The position numbers were made by a program, and so were the translations under genes. Shown one piece after another: positions 30,196 through 40,014 of a DNA stretch of 64,000 bases. Each line of letters begins with the position of its first letter. Within the stretch, counting starts at the first letter, position 1. The notes under the pieces are model-generated. The model was not told the DNA's origin and searched no databases. It saw only the letters and a list, made by a program, of their open reading frames with translations. The DNA lies in the NCBI GenBank assembly GCA_947853665.1, contig CANTXF010000034.1, positions 34,805-98,804 on the forward strand, read 5' to 3'. Source of the DNA: an uncultured Deferribacterales bacterium. GTDB lineage: Bacteria > Chrysiogenota > Deferribacteres > Deferribacterales > Mucispirillaceae.

Positions 30196-31557
30196 CTATT
30201 TGCCTCCGCCGGCCAGTATGGCCCCTTCCGTAACGATTATCCCTGCGATATCTTTTTTAGAGCGTTTTCCCGTTTCGGAAACTTTTCCATCTCTGAAAAA
30301 CAGCTTTACATCGTTAAAATCAGAATCGAAGCCTATATCTTTTCTGGATACGTCGTTTGCCACTATAATATCCAGATTTTTTTCGAAAAGTTTTTTTAAA
30401 GCGTTTTTTTCCAGGTCTTCCGTTTCGGCTGCGAAGCCTATAAAAATCTGGCCTTCCTTTTTATTAAGAGAAGCTTCTTTTAGGATATCCTTGGTTTTTA
30501 CAAGCTCCAGGCTGAGCCTTTCCCCTTCTTTTTTGATCTTCTCCGGCGCGGCGCTTTCCGGGGCGTAATCGGCGACGGCGGCGGCCATTATAAGTATGTC
30601 GTATTCAGAGACCCGCTTTTCCACGGCTTCGGCCATATCGCGGCCGCTTACGGCGATAACGGTGTCAGGCACCCGCGAAACAAGGCCGGTCTCCCCGGAA
30701 ACGAGTGTAACGTCCGCGCCCATGTCCAGGGCCGCGTGGGCCACAGCGTACCCCATTTTACCGCTGGATCTGTTGCTTATGTAACGCACAGGGTCTATAT
30801 ATTCCCTGGTAGGGCCGGCGGTAACAAGTATTTTCAGCCCCTCAAGAGGCCTGCCCGCGGCAAAGCCCTCAAGACTCTCCTCCTCCGTTTCGTCGTTATC
30901 GAGATATTCCTCCAGAGTTCTCCCGCCGAATTCTTCAAGAATATCCTTCACCTTGTCTCCGTCCGCTTCGGGGGTTTCAGGCTCCGTATCTCCGGCGGAC
31001 ATCTCCGGCGCGACGGATTCTACGGGCCTTTCTCCAAGAATATTCAAAACGGCGTCCGCTATTTTTTCAGGGTCTTTCATTCTGCCTTTGCCGGTGTCGC
31101 CGCAGGCAAGGTCTCCCTCGTCCGGCTCTATAATATGCGCCCCCCATGATTTAATCCTTTCTATGTTGGAGCGCACCGCCGGATGCGAAAGCATATTGCA
31201 GTTCATAGCCGGAGCGAAGGCAACGGGGCACCCAAGAGCGAGCAGAACGGATAGAAACGGGCTGTCGGCCACGCCGGAAGCGTATTTACCGATAGTGTTC
31301 GCGGTAGCCGGAGCCACAAGGCACAAATCGGCCCATTTCGCCAGCTCTATATGGCTTACGGGAGAATCCTCCTCCCCGCCGGAAAATGAAACGCGCCTGC
31401 CGGAAACGGCAGCTAGAGTAAGGGGGCCGATAAATCTGGCCGCTTCTTCCGTCATCATAAATCTGACGGAATGGCCTGCCTTAATAAAAATACGGGCTAA
31501 AGCCGGAGTTTTATAGGCGGCGATCCCGCCGGAAACCCCGATAAGAATATTGCTCAT
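30196..31557 (-). CDS. coaBC: bifunctional phosphopantothenoylcysteine decarboxylase / phosphopantothenate-cysteine ligase
   Basis: N-terminal flavoprotein motif ILIGVSGGIAAYK, followed by the C-terminal CoaB ligase domain. Confidence 0.85.
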   Translation of the reverse strand: MSNILIGVSGGIAAYKTPALARIFIKAGHSVRFMMTEEAARFIGPLTLAAVSGRRVSFSGGEEDSPVSHIELAKWADLCLVAPATANTIGKYASGVADSPFLSVLLALGCPVAFAPAMNCNMLSHPAVRSNIERIKSWGAHIIEPDEGDLACGDTGKGRMKDPEKIADAVLNILGERPVESVAPEMSAGDTEPETPEADGDKVKDILEEFGGRTLEEYLDNDETEEESLEGFAAGRPLEGLKILVTAGPTREYIDPVRYISNRSSGKMGYAVAHAALDMGADVTLVSGETGLVSRVPDTVIAVSGRDMAEAVEKRVSEYDILIMAAAVADYAPESAAPEKIKKEGERLSLELVKTKDILKEASLNKKEGQIFIGFAAETEDLEKNALKKLFEKNLDIIVANDVSRKDIGFDSDFNDVKLFFRDGKVSETGKRSKKDIAGIIVTEGAILAGGGK

Positions 31558-31622
31558 AAAAGAACTCCGGAAAAACAAACCGCCGGAAGATCATTTCCGG
31601 CGGCCGGTACGTTTAAAATATT

Positions 31623-32378
31623 TCAGTCTTTTTTACCGAGCACCCTGTTTATAAGGTCTATCGGCAGCGGGATCACGGTGGTGGCGTTCTGCTTGGACGT
31701 CATTTCCGTAAGGGTCTGGAGATACCTTAACTGGAGGGTTATAGGATTCTCGGACATAATGTTCGAAGCCTCCGCCAGTTTTTCCGCCGCCTGGAATTCG
31801 CCTTCGGCGTGAATTACCTTAGCCCTTCTTTCCCTTTCGGCTTCCGCCTGGCGGCTCATGGCCTTCTGCATCTCCGTAGGCAAATCTATATGCTTGATCT
31901 CGACGGAAGATATTTTAACGCCCCACGGGTCCGTCTGGGCGTCGATAACCTTCTGCATCTCCCTGTTTATCTTATCCCGGCTGGAAAGCAGATCGTCCAG
32001 CTCGAACTGACCTATTATGCTTCTTAAGGTAGTCTGGGATATCTGGCTTGTGGCGTAGTAAGGGTCCTCGACTTCCAGTATGGATTTTTCCGGGCTTACT
32101 ATCCTGAAGTAAACCACGGCGTTTACCTTTACGGAAACGTTGTCCTTAGTGATTATATCCTGGGGAGGCACGTCCATAACGATGGTACGCATATTAACGC
32201 GGACCATTTTTTCGATAAAGGGTATAAGTATGATAAGGCCGGGGCCCCTTACGCCCACAAAACGGCCCAGACGGAAAACAACCGCCCTTTCGAACTCCTG
32301 AAGTATTTTAACAGTGGAGGAGATAAGAAAGATTAAAAGCGCTATAAGAACAACGATAGTCGAAATATAAGCGTACAT
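31623..32378 (-). CDS. SPFH/band-7 (stomatin-like) membrane protein
   Basis: N-terminal TM helix and a stomatin-family SPFH core. AAGGAGAG RBS. Confidence 0.75.
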   Translation of the reverse strand: MYAYISTIVVLIALLIFLISSTVKILQEFERAVVFRLGRFVGVRGPGLIILIPFIEKMVRVNMRTIVMDVPPQDIITKDNVSVKVNAVVYFRIVSPEKSILEVEDPYYATSQISQTTLRSIIGQFELDDLLSSRDKINREMQKVIDAQTDPWGVKISSVEIKHIDLPTEMQKAMSRQAEAERERRAKVIHAEGEFQAAEKLAEASNIMSENPITLQLRYLQTLTEMTSKQNATTVIPLPIDLINRVLGKKD

Positions 32379-32480
32379 AAACTCTCCTTGCAAAAATTAT
32401 TCCGCCTTGTTACCATTCGGATTATTTATATTACATTTTAAAAACGTTTTCATCAACATCATATTATAAGGTTGCGGCAA

Positions 32481-33353
32481 ATGATAAAAAGCATGACAGG
32501 ATTCGGCAGGGCATCGGGAGTTTATGAAAATTTCGACGTGCTCGCGGAAATCAAAAGCGTAAACGGAAAATATTTCGACCCGTCCTTCAGGCTGCCCAAG
32601 CAGGTATCGTCTCTGGAAATAACAATGAGAGGCCCGCTGCAGGAAAAGCTGATACGCGGCAAAGTGGACGTGCGCGTAGAAATCATAATGAAATCCGCCG
32701 TAAAAGTGCCGAAAATAAACTCCGAAATGCTTAAATGCTATAAATGCGTGCTGGAAAGCATACGCTCCGAAGGCGGCCTGGACGACGAAATAAAACTGGA
32801 ACATTACCTGCGGCTGCCCGATATAATCGAATTCCAGACCGACGGGAAAATCGAGAAGGAGCTTGAAGAAAAAACGGCGGCAACAATAATGGAATGCGCG
32901 GCCAGGCTTGAAAGCATGAGGGAAAAAGAGGGAGCCGCCCTTGAAGCGGACCTTAAAAAACGCCTGAAACGCCTTTCGGAGCTGGTAAAGCTTATAAAAA
33001 GCTCCGGAACAGATATTTTTGCCTACTGGGCGGACAAATTCAGAAAACGTATGCAGGAAATGGAAGTTTCAAAGGACTATGAAGAACGTATAGTTCAGGA
33101 AGCCTCCATTTACGGAGAAAAAGCCGACATTACGGAGGAGTTGACGCGCCTTGCCTGCCACATAGAGCAATTCGGCAAAATAATGGATACGGAATACCCG
33201 GCAGGCAAAAAACTGGATTTTCTGAGCCAGGAGTTGCACAGGGAATTTAACACCATAGCTTCCAAAAGCTCCCGAAGCGAGATAATAAACGCGGTGATAG
33301 AAGGCAAAGCCGAAGTGGACAGAATAAGGGAGCAGGTACAGAACCTGGTATAA
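32481..33353 (+). CDS. yicC: YicC/YloC-family stress-induced protein
   Basis: MIKSMTGFGRASG signature N-terminus. Conserved neighbourhood with gmk, rpoZ and coaBC. Confidence 0.75.
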   Translation: MIKSMTGFGRASGVYENFDVLAEIKSVNGKYFDPSFRLPKQVSSLEITMRGPLQEKLIRGKVDVRVEIIMKSAVKVPKINSEMLKCYKCVLESIRSEGGLDDEIKLEHYLRLPDIIEFQTDGKIEKELEEKTAATIMECAARLESMREKEGAALEADLKKRLKRLSELVKLIKSSGTDIFAYWADKFRKRMQEMEVSKDYEERIVQEASIYGEKADITEELTRLACHIEQFGKIMDTEYPAGKKLDFLSQELHREFNTIASKSSRSEIINAVIEGKAEVDRIREQVQNLV

Positions 33354-33425
33354 GAACATAACGGTCAACCGGATAAATGCCTGCGTAACAACGGCCTTAA
33401 GAAGCAGGCGTATAATTTTGCGGCG

Positions 33426-35324
33426 ATGAGAACCATAGCGTTATATATTATCATATTATCCGCCGTTCTGTATTCAGGGCACGGCTATTGCGGCCAGTGC
33501 AGGATAATCTACGGTATCTACGATAATTATAAACCGTTCGAATGGTACGAAGCTGGTGTTCCTAAGGGTATTAATATAGAGCTGCTTAAAGCCGTGTCAG
33601 AAAAAGCCGGCTGCGAATATGGCTTTATTTCCCGCCCCTGGCCGGAAATGCTAAAAATGCTGGAAAACGAAGAAATAACCATGCTGTCGGCATCCATGAC
33701 CCCCGAACGCCTGACAAACTTCATACAGCTGCCGCCTTCTTTCGTCCAATACAGAATATTTATTGCAAGAAAAGGCTCCGGGCACGCAGCCGGGCTTTCA
33801 TCCCTGAGGAAAAAAACGGTTTTGGCGCTGAAAAACAGCGTGGCGTGGGAAAAGCTATCAAAAGGCCCGTACGACGTAAAGCTGATACCCTGCTCTTCCG
33901 AAACGGACGCGCTGAAAAAACTATCGGAAGGCTCAGGGGATTTCGCTTTCGTGGACGACAGCTCGGAAATTATTGAAAAAGTAGAAAAATCTGGGCTTAT
34001 AATAGCCAGCGAACCGATGTTCCCCACTCTGTACGGATTTATGATGAAGCAGAACAGCCCCTATTTCAGCAGGCTGAGCAAAGCGGCGGAGGAGCTGAAG
34101 GCCACTGGGCAGTATTATAAAATAATAGAAAGAAGCAAACAGTATAAATACAGCCGTCTCACAAAAATATTCCTTATATCCGCGGCTGTATGCGCAGCCG
34201 TATTTTCCGCCGCTTTTCTGTGGATAAAATCCCTCTCCGTGTCGGTGCGCCGCAAAACAAAAAGTCTGAACAAAGAGATATGCGCGCGTATAAATACGGA
34301 AAAAATGCTGCGCGAAGAAACGGAAAAACGCAAAAAACTGCTGGAACTCCTGGAAACGGTGCTTAAAAGCATACCGGAATCAATATTCCTGTCCGACGAA
34401 AACGGAAAAATAGTGTGGAGCAACCGTGGTGAAACGCATATTATACCCTCATACATAAAAGATAAAATAACGGATATAAAAAAGAGCTCCGGGCCTAGAG
34501 AATTTTCATACGAAGATGCGGACGGACGCGTATGGAAAATACTTGCGTCCGATTTCGTTTATGGCGGAAAGGACGGTACCCTGCTGGTAGCCGGCGACAT
34601 AACGGAAAATATAAAACTCAGAAACGAGCTTTTTATGACGGGCCGCTACTCCGCCCTCGGAGAAATGGCCGCGATAATAGCTCACGAAATAAATAACCCT
34701 ATCGGATGTATAATACATAATTTTTCATATATAAATAAACTTATAGAAAAATACGGCATTGAAAATAAAGATATGGACGCGGCGGCGGAGGATATATCGG
34801 CGTCGGTAAGGAAAATAGCTTCGATAATAAGCGAATTAAAGGAATATACGGGCAGGAATATAAAGACCTACGAAAAGGTAAGCTTAAAAAAATGCTTCCG
34901 CAGCGCTTACGGAATGACCAGATTTATGATAAATAAATACACCCGTAATTTTACCGGGGATATTAAGGATACGGCAAATATACTCGGAAATTACGGACAG
35001 ATAGAGCAGATGATGATAAACGTAATACAAAACGCCTGCTACGCTCTGACAGATAAATCGGCCGCGATAAAATGCTCGCTTTACGAAAGCGGAAACGAGG
35101 TACACTTTAAAGTGGAGGACGAGGGAACCGGTATGGACGAGGACGCGCTTAAAAACGCGTGCGACCCTTATTTTACCACAAGAAGAGAAAGCGGCGGAAC
35201 GGGCATAGGTTTATCCCTTACATCCAGATTTATGAAGGAACACGGCGGCAGCCTGTTAATAACAAGCGAAAAAGGAAAAGGCACATCGGTAACGCTTTCA
35301 TTTCCCGCCTGTAAGGAGCCTTAA
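33426..35324 (+). CDS. sensor histidine kinase with a periplasmic solute-binding (SBP_bac_3-like) domain, TM, PAS-like, HisKA and HATPase domains
   Basis: Signal/TM, a periplasmic amino-acid-binding-protein-like region, a second TM, an H-box (AHEINNPIG), and N/G-boxes (GGTGIGLSL). Confidence 0.8.
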   Translation: MRTIALYIIILSAVLYSGHGYCGQCRIIYGIYDNYKPFEWYEAGVPKGINIELLKAVSEKAGCEYGFISRPWPEMLKMLENEEITMLSASMTPERLTNFIQLPPSFVQYRIFIARKGSGHAAGLSSLRKKTVLALKNSVAWEKLSKGPYDVKLIPCSSETDALKKLSEGSGDFAFVDDSSEIIEKVEKSGLIIASEPMFPTLYGFMMKQNSPYFSRLSKAAEELKATGQYYKIIERSKQYKYSRLTKIFLISAAVCAAVFSAAFLWIKSLSVSVRRKTKSLNKEICARINTEKMLREETEKRKKLLELLETVLKSIPESIFLSDENGKIVWSNRGETHIIPSYIKDKITDIKKSSGPREFSYEDADGRVWKILASDFVYGGKDGTLLVAGDITENIKLRNELFMTGRYSALGEMAAIIAHEINNPIGCIIHNFSYINKLIEKYGIENKDMDAAAEDISASVRKIASIISELKEYTGRNIKTYEKVSLKKCFRSAYGMTRFMINKYTRNFTGDIKDTANILGNYGQIEQMMINVIQNACYALTDKSAAIKCSLYESGNEVHFKVEDEGTGMDEDALKNACDPYFTTRRESGGTGIGLSLTSRFMKEHGGSLLITSEKGKGTSVTLSFPACKEP

Positions 35325-36700
35325 TGTCCATCCTGATTATAGACGACGATACGAAATGGGTCGACGGGATAGCCCGTACCCTTGAGGCTTTCGGAATAGC
35401 CGAACGAAACGCAATATTCAAAGCCTCCTCTCCGGAAACGGCCTTTAACGCTCTTGCGGAACGCGAACCCGATTTGATACTGCTTGATCTTTTTCTGGAC
35501 GGAGCCTCCGGGGAGGATTTACTCGAAGAAATGCTCCGAAACCACCCGGACAGGCATATTGTAATCATGACCGGTTCCGACAGCGTAAAAAACGCCGTCA
35601 GCTGCATTAAAAAGGGAGCGAAAGACTATTTTGTAAAATCAGCGGACGAGGACGAACTGATGAACAACATCAGGCGAATTATGAGAATAAGAACCCTCGA
35701 AAAAGAAAATGAGGAGATTAAAAAAATCGCTGAAAAAGAAAGGGATTACGGCGATTTTAAAGAATATATAACATACAGCCCGGCTATATTTTCTTTATTC
35801 GAATACGTAAAAAGCATAGCAAAAACGTCCAACCATATATTGATAACCGGCGAAAGCGGCGTGGGAAAGGGAATTTTCGCCAAAATAATATCATCCGTCA
35901 TGCGTGGGGATAAACCTTTCATATCTGTAAACGTTGCCGGATACGACGACCAAATGCTCGCAGATACCTTATTCGGCCATATCAAAGGCGCTTTCACTGG
36001 AGCCGCCTCCACAAGACAGGGCATAATAAAGAAAGCTTCAGACGGAGTGGTATTTTTAGACGAGATAGGAGATCTCTCCGTGCAATCGCAGATAAAACTG
36101 CTCTGCCTTTTACAGGACGGAATATACCAGCAATTAGGCAGCGACGATTTTATAAAAACGCCCGCAAAATTCATATTCGCCACAAACCAGAATCTTATAG
36201 AAAAAATGAACGACGGCCGCTTCAGAAGCGATCTTTATTTCAGGCTCAGCACTCATAAAATCCACATTCCCCCTTTAAGGGAAAGGCCGGAAGATATTAT
36301 GCCCCTGTGCTCGTACTTTGCAGGCGAAGCGGCAAAAGAGTTGGGTAAGGCAAAACCGGGCTTTACCGAATCCTTTAAGGATAAAATAATGTCGATGAAA
36401 TTTCCCGGAAATATAAGACAGCTTCGCGGGGCGATATATGATTTGACTGCACGATGCGGCGAAATCATAGACGGCAAGGATGTGGAAAAGCTCATGCATA
36501 CGGACGGGCTGTATGAAAGCCGGACGAAGCCGCGCTCCGGACGCAGTATGGATAAAGACTTTCCCACCATAGAAGAAACCACCGATAAACTCATAAAAGA
36601 AGCCCTTGAAATATCGGGAGGAAATCAGCAGAGAGCGGCGTATCTGCTCGGCATATCCCAGCCTACCCTCAGCCGCCGCCTGAAACGTATGGGTCTTTAA
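35324..36700 (+). CDS. sigma-54-dependent response regulator (NtrC family: REC + AAA+ + Fis-type HTH)
   Basis: REC domain (ILLDLFLDG), a sigma-54 interaction domain (GESGVGKG plus a GAFTGA-like motif), and a C-terminal HTH (QQRAAYLLGISQPTLSRRLK). The ATG overlaps the kinase stop (TAATG). Confidence 0.85.
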   Translation: MSILIIDDDTKWVDGIARTLEAFGIAERNAIFKASSPETAFNALAEREPDLILLDLFLDGASGEDLLEEMLRNHPDRHIVIMTGSDSVKNAVSCIKKGAKDYFVKSADEDELMNNIRRIMRIRTLEKENEEIKKIAEKERDYGDFKEYITYSPAIFSLFEYVKSIAKTSNHILITGESGVGKGIFAKIISSVMRGDKPFISVNVAGYDDQMLADTLFGHIKGAFTGAASTRQGIIKKASDGVVFLDEIGDLSVQSQIKLLCLLQDGIYQQLGSDDFIKTPAKFIFATNQNLIEKMNDGRFRSDLYFRLSTHKIHIPPLRERPEDIMPLCSYFAGEAAKELGKAKPGFTESFKDKIMSMKFPGNIRQLRGAIYDLTARCGEIIDGKDVEKLMHTDGLYESRTKPRSGRSMDKDFPTIEETTDKLIKEALEISGGNQQRAAYLLGISQPTLSRRLKRMGL

Positions 36701-36716
36701 GCCTTTATTTATTTCT

Positions 36717-36733
36717 TTATTCATTTTGAATAA
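36717..36733. promoter_or_regulatory. perfect palindrome TTATTCA-ttt-TGAATAA, candidate enhancer (UAS) for the NtrC-like activator
   Basis: Perfect palindrome located about 60-75 bp upstream of the sigma-54 -24 element. Confidence 0.3.
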
Positions 36734-36792
36734 AAAAACGAATAAAATCCCTACATTCTTTAATTTTATCTTTATTTGACAATAAGTTATCT

Positions 36793-36807
36793 TTGGCACG
36801 CCTTTTG
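36793..36807 (+). promoter_or_regulatory. sigma-54 (RpoN) promoter, TGGCAC-N5-TTGC
   Basis: Exact consensus -24 GG and -12 GC elements (TGGCACgccttTTGC) about 35 nt upstream of the bicupin ATG. An AAGGAGG RBS follows. Confidence 0.65.
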
Positions 36808-36842
36808 CCTTAATACGTTCAGCTTAAAGCAAGGAGGAAAAT

Positions 36843-38018
36843 ATGAAATTATCAGGAATTATGCTATGCGCTCTTTTGCTGTTCCCAGCAGCGCTCTGCG
36901 CGGGAGAATACCCCACTCCCGGCAGATTAGACGGAACCACGGCTTTTTTCAGCGAAAATGACGCCCCGAAAAAAGCTAACAAATCTTACCCCGAGTGGTA
37001 TCGCGGAAAAGGCGGAGACGGTCTTGCGGACGAAAGCGCCCTATATTTCTACAAAGAGCTTATAGGGCCGTCGTCCTTCGTTAAAAAGGGCCATAATAAC
37101 GATTACTTCTATATGGGAACCCTGGAGCTGAAACCGGGCGAAACGTACCCCGCCCATAACCATCCGTCAAAAGAAATATATTACGTGATAGAAGGCGAGG
37201 CTCAATGGTATGTGGACGACGAAAGCCGCACGGTAATCGCCGGGGATATGATATATCATGCCCCGTACGCGGCCCACGGATGGAAAAACCTTTCCGACAG
37301 CAAGCCTCTGAAAGTGGCATGGATATGGTGGGCTTCCGGCGACAAATCGGTCATAGAAAAAGGCGCCAGATTTACGAACCCGGATTTGTTTTCCTCAAAA
37401 GACAAGGTAAAGCCCTATCCCGTGCCGCTGCCGAAAGTAAGGCTGAACGAAAACGATAAAGCGAATGTAAAATACGGCGAATATCCGGTTCCCGGCAGAA
37501 TTGCGGGAACGTCGGCTTTCGTCCATGAAAACGCCACGCCGAAAAAAGCCACTAAAAGCCATCCGAAATGGTTTCGCGGAACGGGAGAAAACGGCATAGC
37601 AGATGAAAACGCCAAATATTTTTATCACGAACTCATCGGGCCGAATCTGCCCAAACCCGCCATAGACGATTCACATATATACTTCGGACCGCTGGAGCAG
37701 AAATCGGGCTATGTTTACCCAGCCCATAACCATCCGGCTCAGGAAATATATTACGTCATATCGGGAGAGGCTCAATGGTATGTGGATGATGAAGAACAGA
37801 CCGTAAAAGCCGGTTCTCTGATATATCACAGACCTTACGCGGCCCACGGGTGGAAAGTAACCAGCAAAGAGCCGCTGAAAATGATATGGGCATGGTGGGC
37901 GGAAGAAGACCCGTCCGTTCTCAGCGTAAGCGCAAAAATGATAAATCCGGAAACTGCCTCGGACGAGAAAACGGCGCTGCCCTATGCTAAGCCTGTTCCC
38001 CCTGTAAGGAAAAAATAA
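36843..38018 (+). CDS. secreted tandem bicupin protein (internal duplication, two roughly 190 aa cupin units with HNHP...E...H metal-site motifs)
   Basis: Signal peptide. Two repeats share about 60% identity (GEYPTPGR.../GEYPVPGR...; YPAHNHPSKEIYYVIEGEAQWYVDDE / YPAHNHPAQEIYYVISGEAQWYVDDE). Confidence 0.7.
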   Translation: MKLSGIMLCALLLFPAALCAGEYPTPGRLDGTTAFFSENDAPKKANKSYPEWYRGKGGDGLADESALYFYKELIGPSSFVKKGHNNDYFYMGTLELKPGETYPAHNHPSKEIYYVIEGEAQWYVDDESRTVIAGDMIYHAPYAAHGWKNLSDSKPLKVAWIWWASGDKSVIEKGARFTNPDLFSSKDKVKPYPVPLPKVRLNENDKANVKYGEYPVPGRIAGTSAFVHENATPKKATKSHPKWFRGTGENGIADENAKYFYHELIGPNLPKPAIDDSHIYFGPLEQKSGYVYPAHNHPAQEIYYVISGEAQWYVDDEEQTVKAGSLIYHRPYAAHGWKVTSKEPLKMIWAWWAEEDPSVLSVSAKMINPETASDEKTALPYAKPVPPVRKK

Positions 38019-38024
38019 CATAAC

Positions 38025-38042
38025 CATACCCTTACACAGATT
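38025..38042. repeat. left arm of an 18-bp perfect inverted repeat (ATACCCTTACACAGATTA) bounding the 38.0-42.2 kb island
   Basis: Exact reverse complement at 42173-42190. Weaker flanking similarity extends to about 38018-38080 versus 42100-42195. Confidence 0.7.
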
Positions 38043-38620
38043 AGCATAAAGTGATGTAAAATGCTTATAATACAGCGGCTTGCCCACAATAATGAAGAAC
38101 CTTGCCCAAAGCGCTTTAATAAGGCCCGTTCCGGGGCGTGAGGTTCCCGAGTTTGCATTGCCGCGCAAGCGTGATGACGAATGATTTGCCCATATATGGA
38201 AAACAAGGCGCATAAATAAAGCTCGTCCCATTTTTAGCGCCGCGAAGCTGATATTATAATTATATTACGTCGCTGGATAGTTACCGAAAATAATATTCCC
38301 TTCGCACAAGCGCCGGAAAAACCGGCGCTTTTCTTTTAACGCCGCGGTAATACCGCCGTCCGTTTTATTTTTGCCGTAACGTAAGCGAAAAATCAAGGCG
38401 CGATACCGCCCTCCGGGGTTTTTATATATCCCGTTTCCGGCTCATTAAAAACAAAAAAAGCAGTTTTCCCTATATAAAAATTATTAGATACTGCGCAAAC
38501 CGGCCGGCCCGGCAGCTTATTGAGGCAGCCGGCCGGATATCGCGCAAGCTGCATAATCCGGCCGAGGCACGTTTAAGATAACAGCCGTCTCTGTAAAATC
38601 CGGACAGAAAATATAGTATT

Positions 38621-38648
38621 AAAGGGCACGTTAAAAAACGTGCCCTTT
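38621..38648. terminator. perfect 12-bp stem hairpin (AAAGGGCACGTT-aaaa-AACGTGCCCTTT), terminator-like or protein-binding palindrome
   Basis: Seen directly in the sequence, immediately downstream of the minus-strand antidote gene stop. It has no strong T-run. Confidence 0.35.
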
Positions 38649-38656
38649 AATATAAA

Positions 38657-38998
38657 CTATAAATTACCTTTTTTATCCATAGGAACGATAGCAAGCTCGT
38701 AACCCACGGAAGCTAGAATCCTGGATACTGTATCCAGAGTAGGATTTGAATCCTCGCCCATGACGGAATAAAGACTTGATCTCGGAATCCCGGCCGCTCT
38801 CGCGGTACTCACGACGCCCCGGGAGCGTATAAGTATCGTAACCACTTTCACTATGGACCTCGGCGAACCGTCAGGTATATACCTGAGGGGGTCTATCGCA
38901 GCGAGGTCCACCTTGAGCCTTTTACAGCCCTTTAAATCCTCCATGACGTTTTCACGCCATACTTCCGAAAGAGACAGTCTGCTGTTCTTCATGTTCAT
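38657..38998 (-). CDS. addiction-module antidote protein (HigA-like HTH, TIGR02684-like), apparently orphan
   Basis: ARAAGIPRSSLYSVMGEDSNPTLDTVSRILASVGYELAIVP matches the conserved core of the probable-addiction-module-antidote family. I found no RelE/ParE-like partner ORF upstream. Confidence 0.55.
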   Translation of the reverse strand: MNMKNSRLSLSEVWRENVMEDLKGCKRLKVDLAAIDPLRYIPDGSPRSIVKVVTILIRSRGVVSTARAAGIPRSSLYSVMGEDSNPTLDTVSRILASVGYELAIVPMDKKGNL

Positions 38999-39086
38999 AA
39001 TGCGTGCACCAGCCTAATAAAAGAATAAATCACGCCGCTTTATTTTTAAACTATAAATAAAAATATTTTTTAGCAAGAACTAATTT

Positions 39087-39249
39087 TTAAAAATAATATA
39101 AATACAAATATTTATACAAATATATTTGCCTAAATATATTTTTTAATATCAATAAGTTATAAGATTTATAAAACGAAACCGAAAGACGAACGAAAGCATA
39201 GGCCGCAATTAATTGTTGCGTAACCGTCAGATATACAATATTATTTACT
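39087..39249. promoter_or_regulatory. extremely AT-rich divergent promoter/operator region with direct repeats (TACAAATAT x2) and a CAATTAATTG palindrome
   Basis: Direct reading shows aaatacaaatatttatacaaatatatttgcc and a CAATTAATTG palindrome about 35 bp upstream of the repressor ATG. Confidence 0.35.
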
Positions 39250-39963
39250 ATGTTTACAAAAAGACTTGCAAAATTGCTCAAAGACAACAGGATCAAAAAT
39301 ACAGAACTTGCCAATTACCTGAAAGTAAGCAAATCTGCCGTAAGTAAGTGGCTTAGCGGGGAGGCGGAGCCAAGACCTGAAACGCTACGTCAGATGGCAA
39401 AATTTTTCAACGTGTCGGCCGGTTATCTGATTAACAACGAGGATTTTAAACCGGCGGACGGAATGAGGGAAACAAGAAGCGATATTTATCCCTCCATAGT
39501 CTACTCTCAGGAAGAGCCAAAACGTGTGGAAGGCTTTATATGGCTTCCCGTATATGAAACCAAAATAAGCGCTACCCCCGGAATACCGGATATAGCGCGC
39601 GAGGAAGTAATCGGCTGGCACTCCGCGCCGGAATCCCTTATGGGCTCCTCCGCGGACTCTCACGGCAGGCCCTTCTCCATGAAAGTGGCCGGAAAGTCCA
39701 TGCTTCCGCTGATAAAGCCAGGCGATTACCTTACCGTACGCCCGGCCCCTTTTATTCTGCCGGAGCCGAACCAGATATACGCCGTAAAAATAAACGACGA
39801 GGCTTCCGACATCTCAGGCATAGTTGTAAAAAGGGTACAGGCGGACACGGCGAGAAAAATCTTTCTCCTGCGTTCCGACAATCCGGAATACCCGGTATAT
39901 GTGGCCGATAACGACAAAGCCGCCATAGTAGGCCGCATAATCAGTATATGGCGGCCGCTTTAG
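39250..39963 (+). CDS. XRE-family HTH plus S24 (LexA/CI-like) peptidase repressor
   Basis: N-terminal HTH (TELANYLKVSKSAVSKWLSG). C-terminal S24 domain with Ser (GKSM) and Lys (VKRV) catalytic dyad positions. Confidence 0.7.
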   Translation: MFTKRLAKLLKDNRIKNTELANYLKVSKSAVSKWLSGEAEPRPETLRQMAKFFNVSAGYLINNEDFKPADGMRETRSDIYPSIVYSQEEPKRVEGFIWLPVYETKISATPGIPDIAREEVIGWHSAPESLMGSSADSHGRPFSMKVAGKSMLPLIKPGDYLTVRPAPFILPEPNQIYAVKINDEASDISGIVVKRVQADTARKIFLLRSDNPEYPVYVADNDKAAIVGRIISIWRPL

Positions 39964-40014
39964 CGAAAAACTCTTAAAAACCGAAAAGGCCGGAAATAAA
40001 ATTTCCGGCCTTAT

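Noticed and set aside
39087-39314. 75-aa minus-strand ORF
   Set aside because: It is a translation of the very AT-rich repeat region (Leu/Tyr/Asn/Phe-rich). It overlaps the repressor start, so I treat the region as regulatory DNA.
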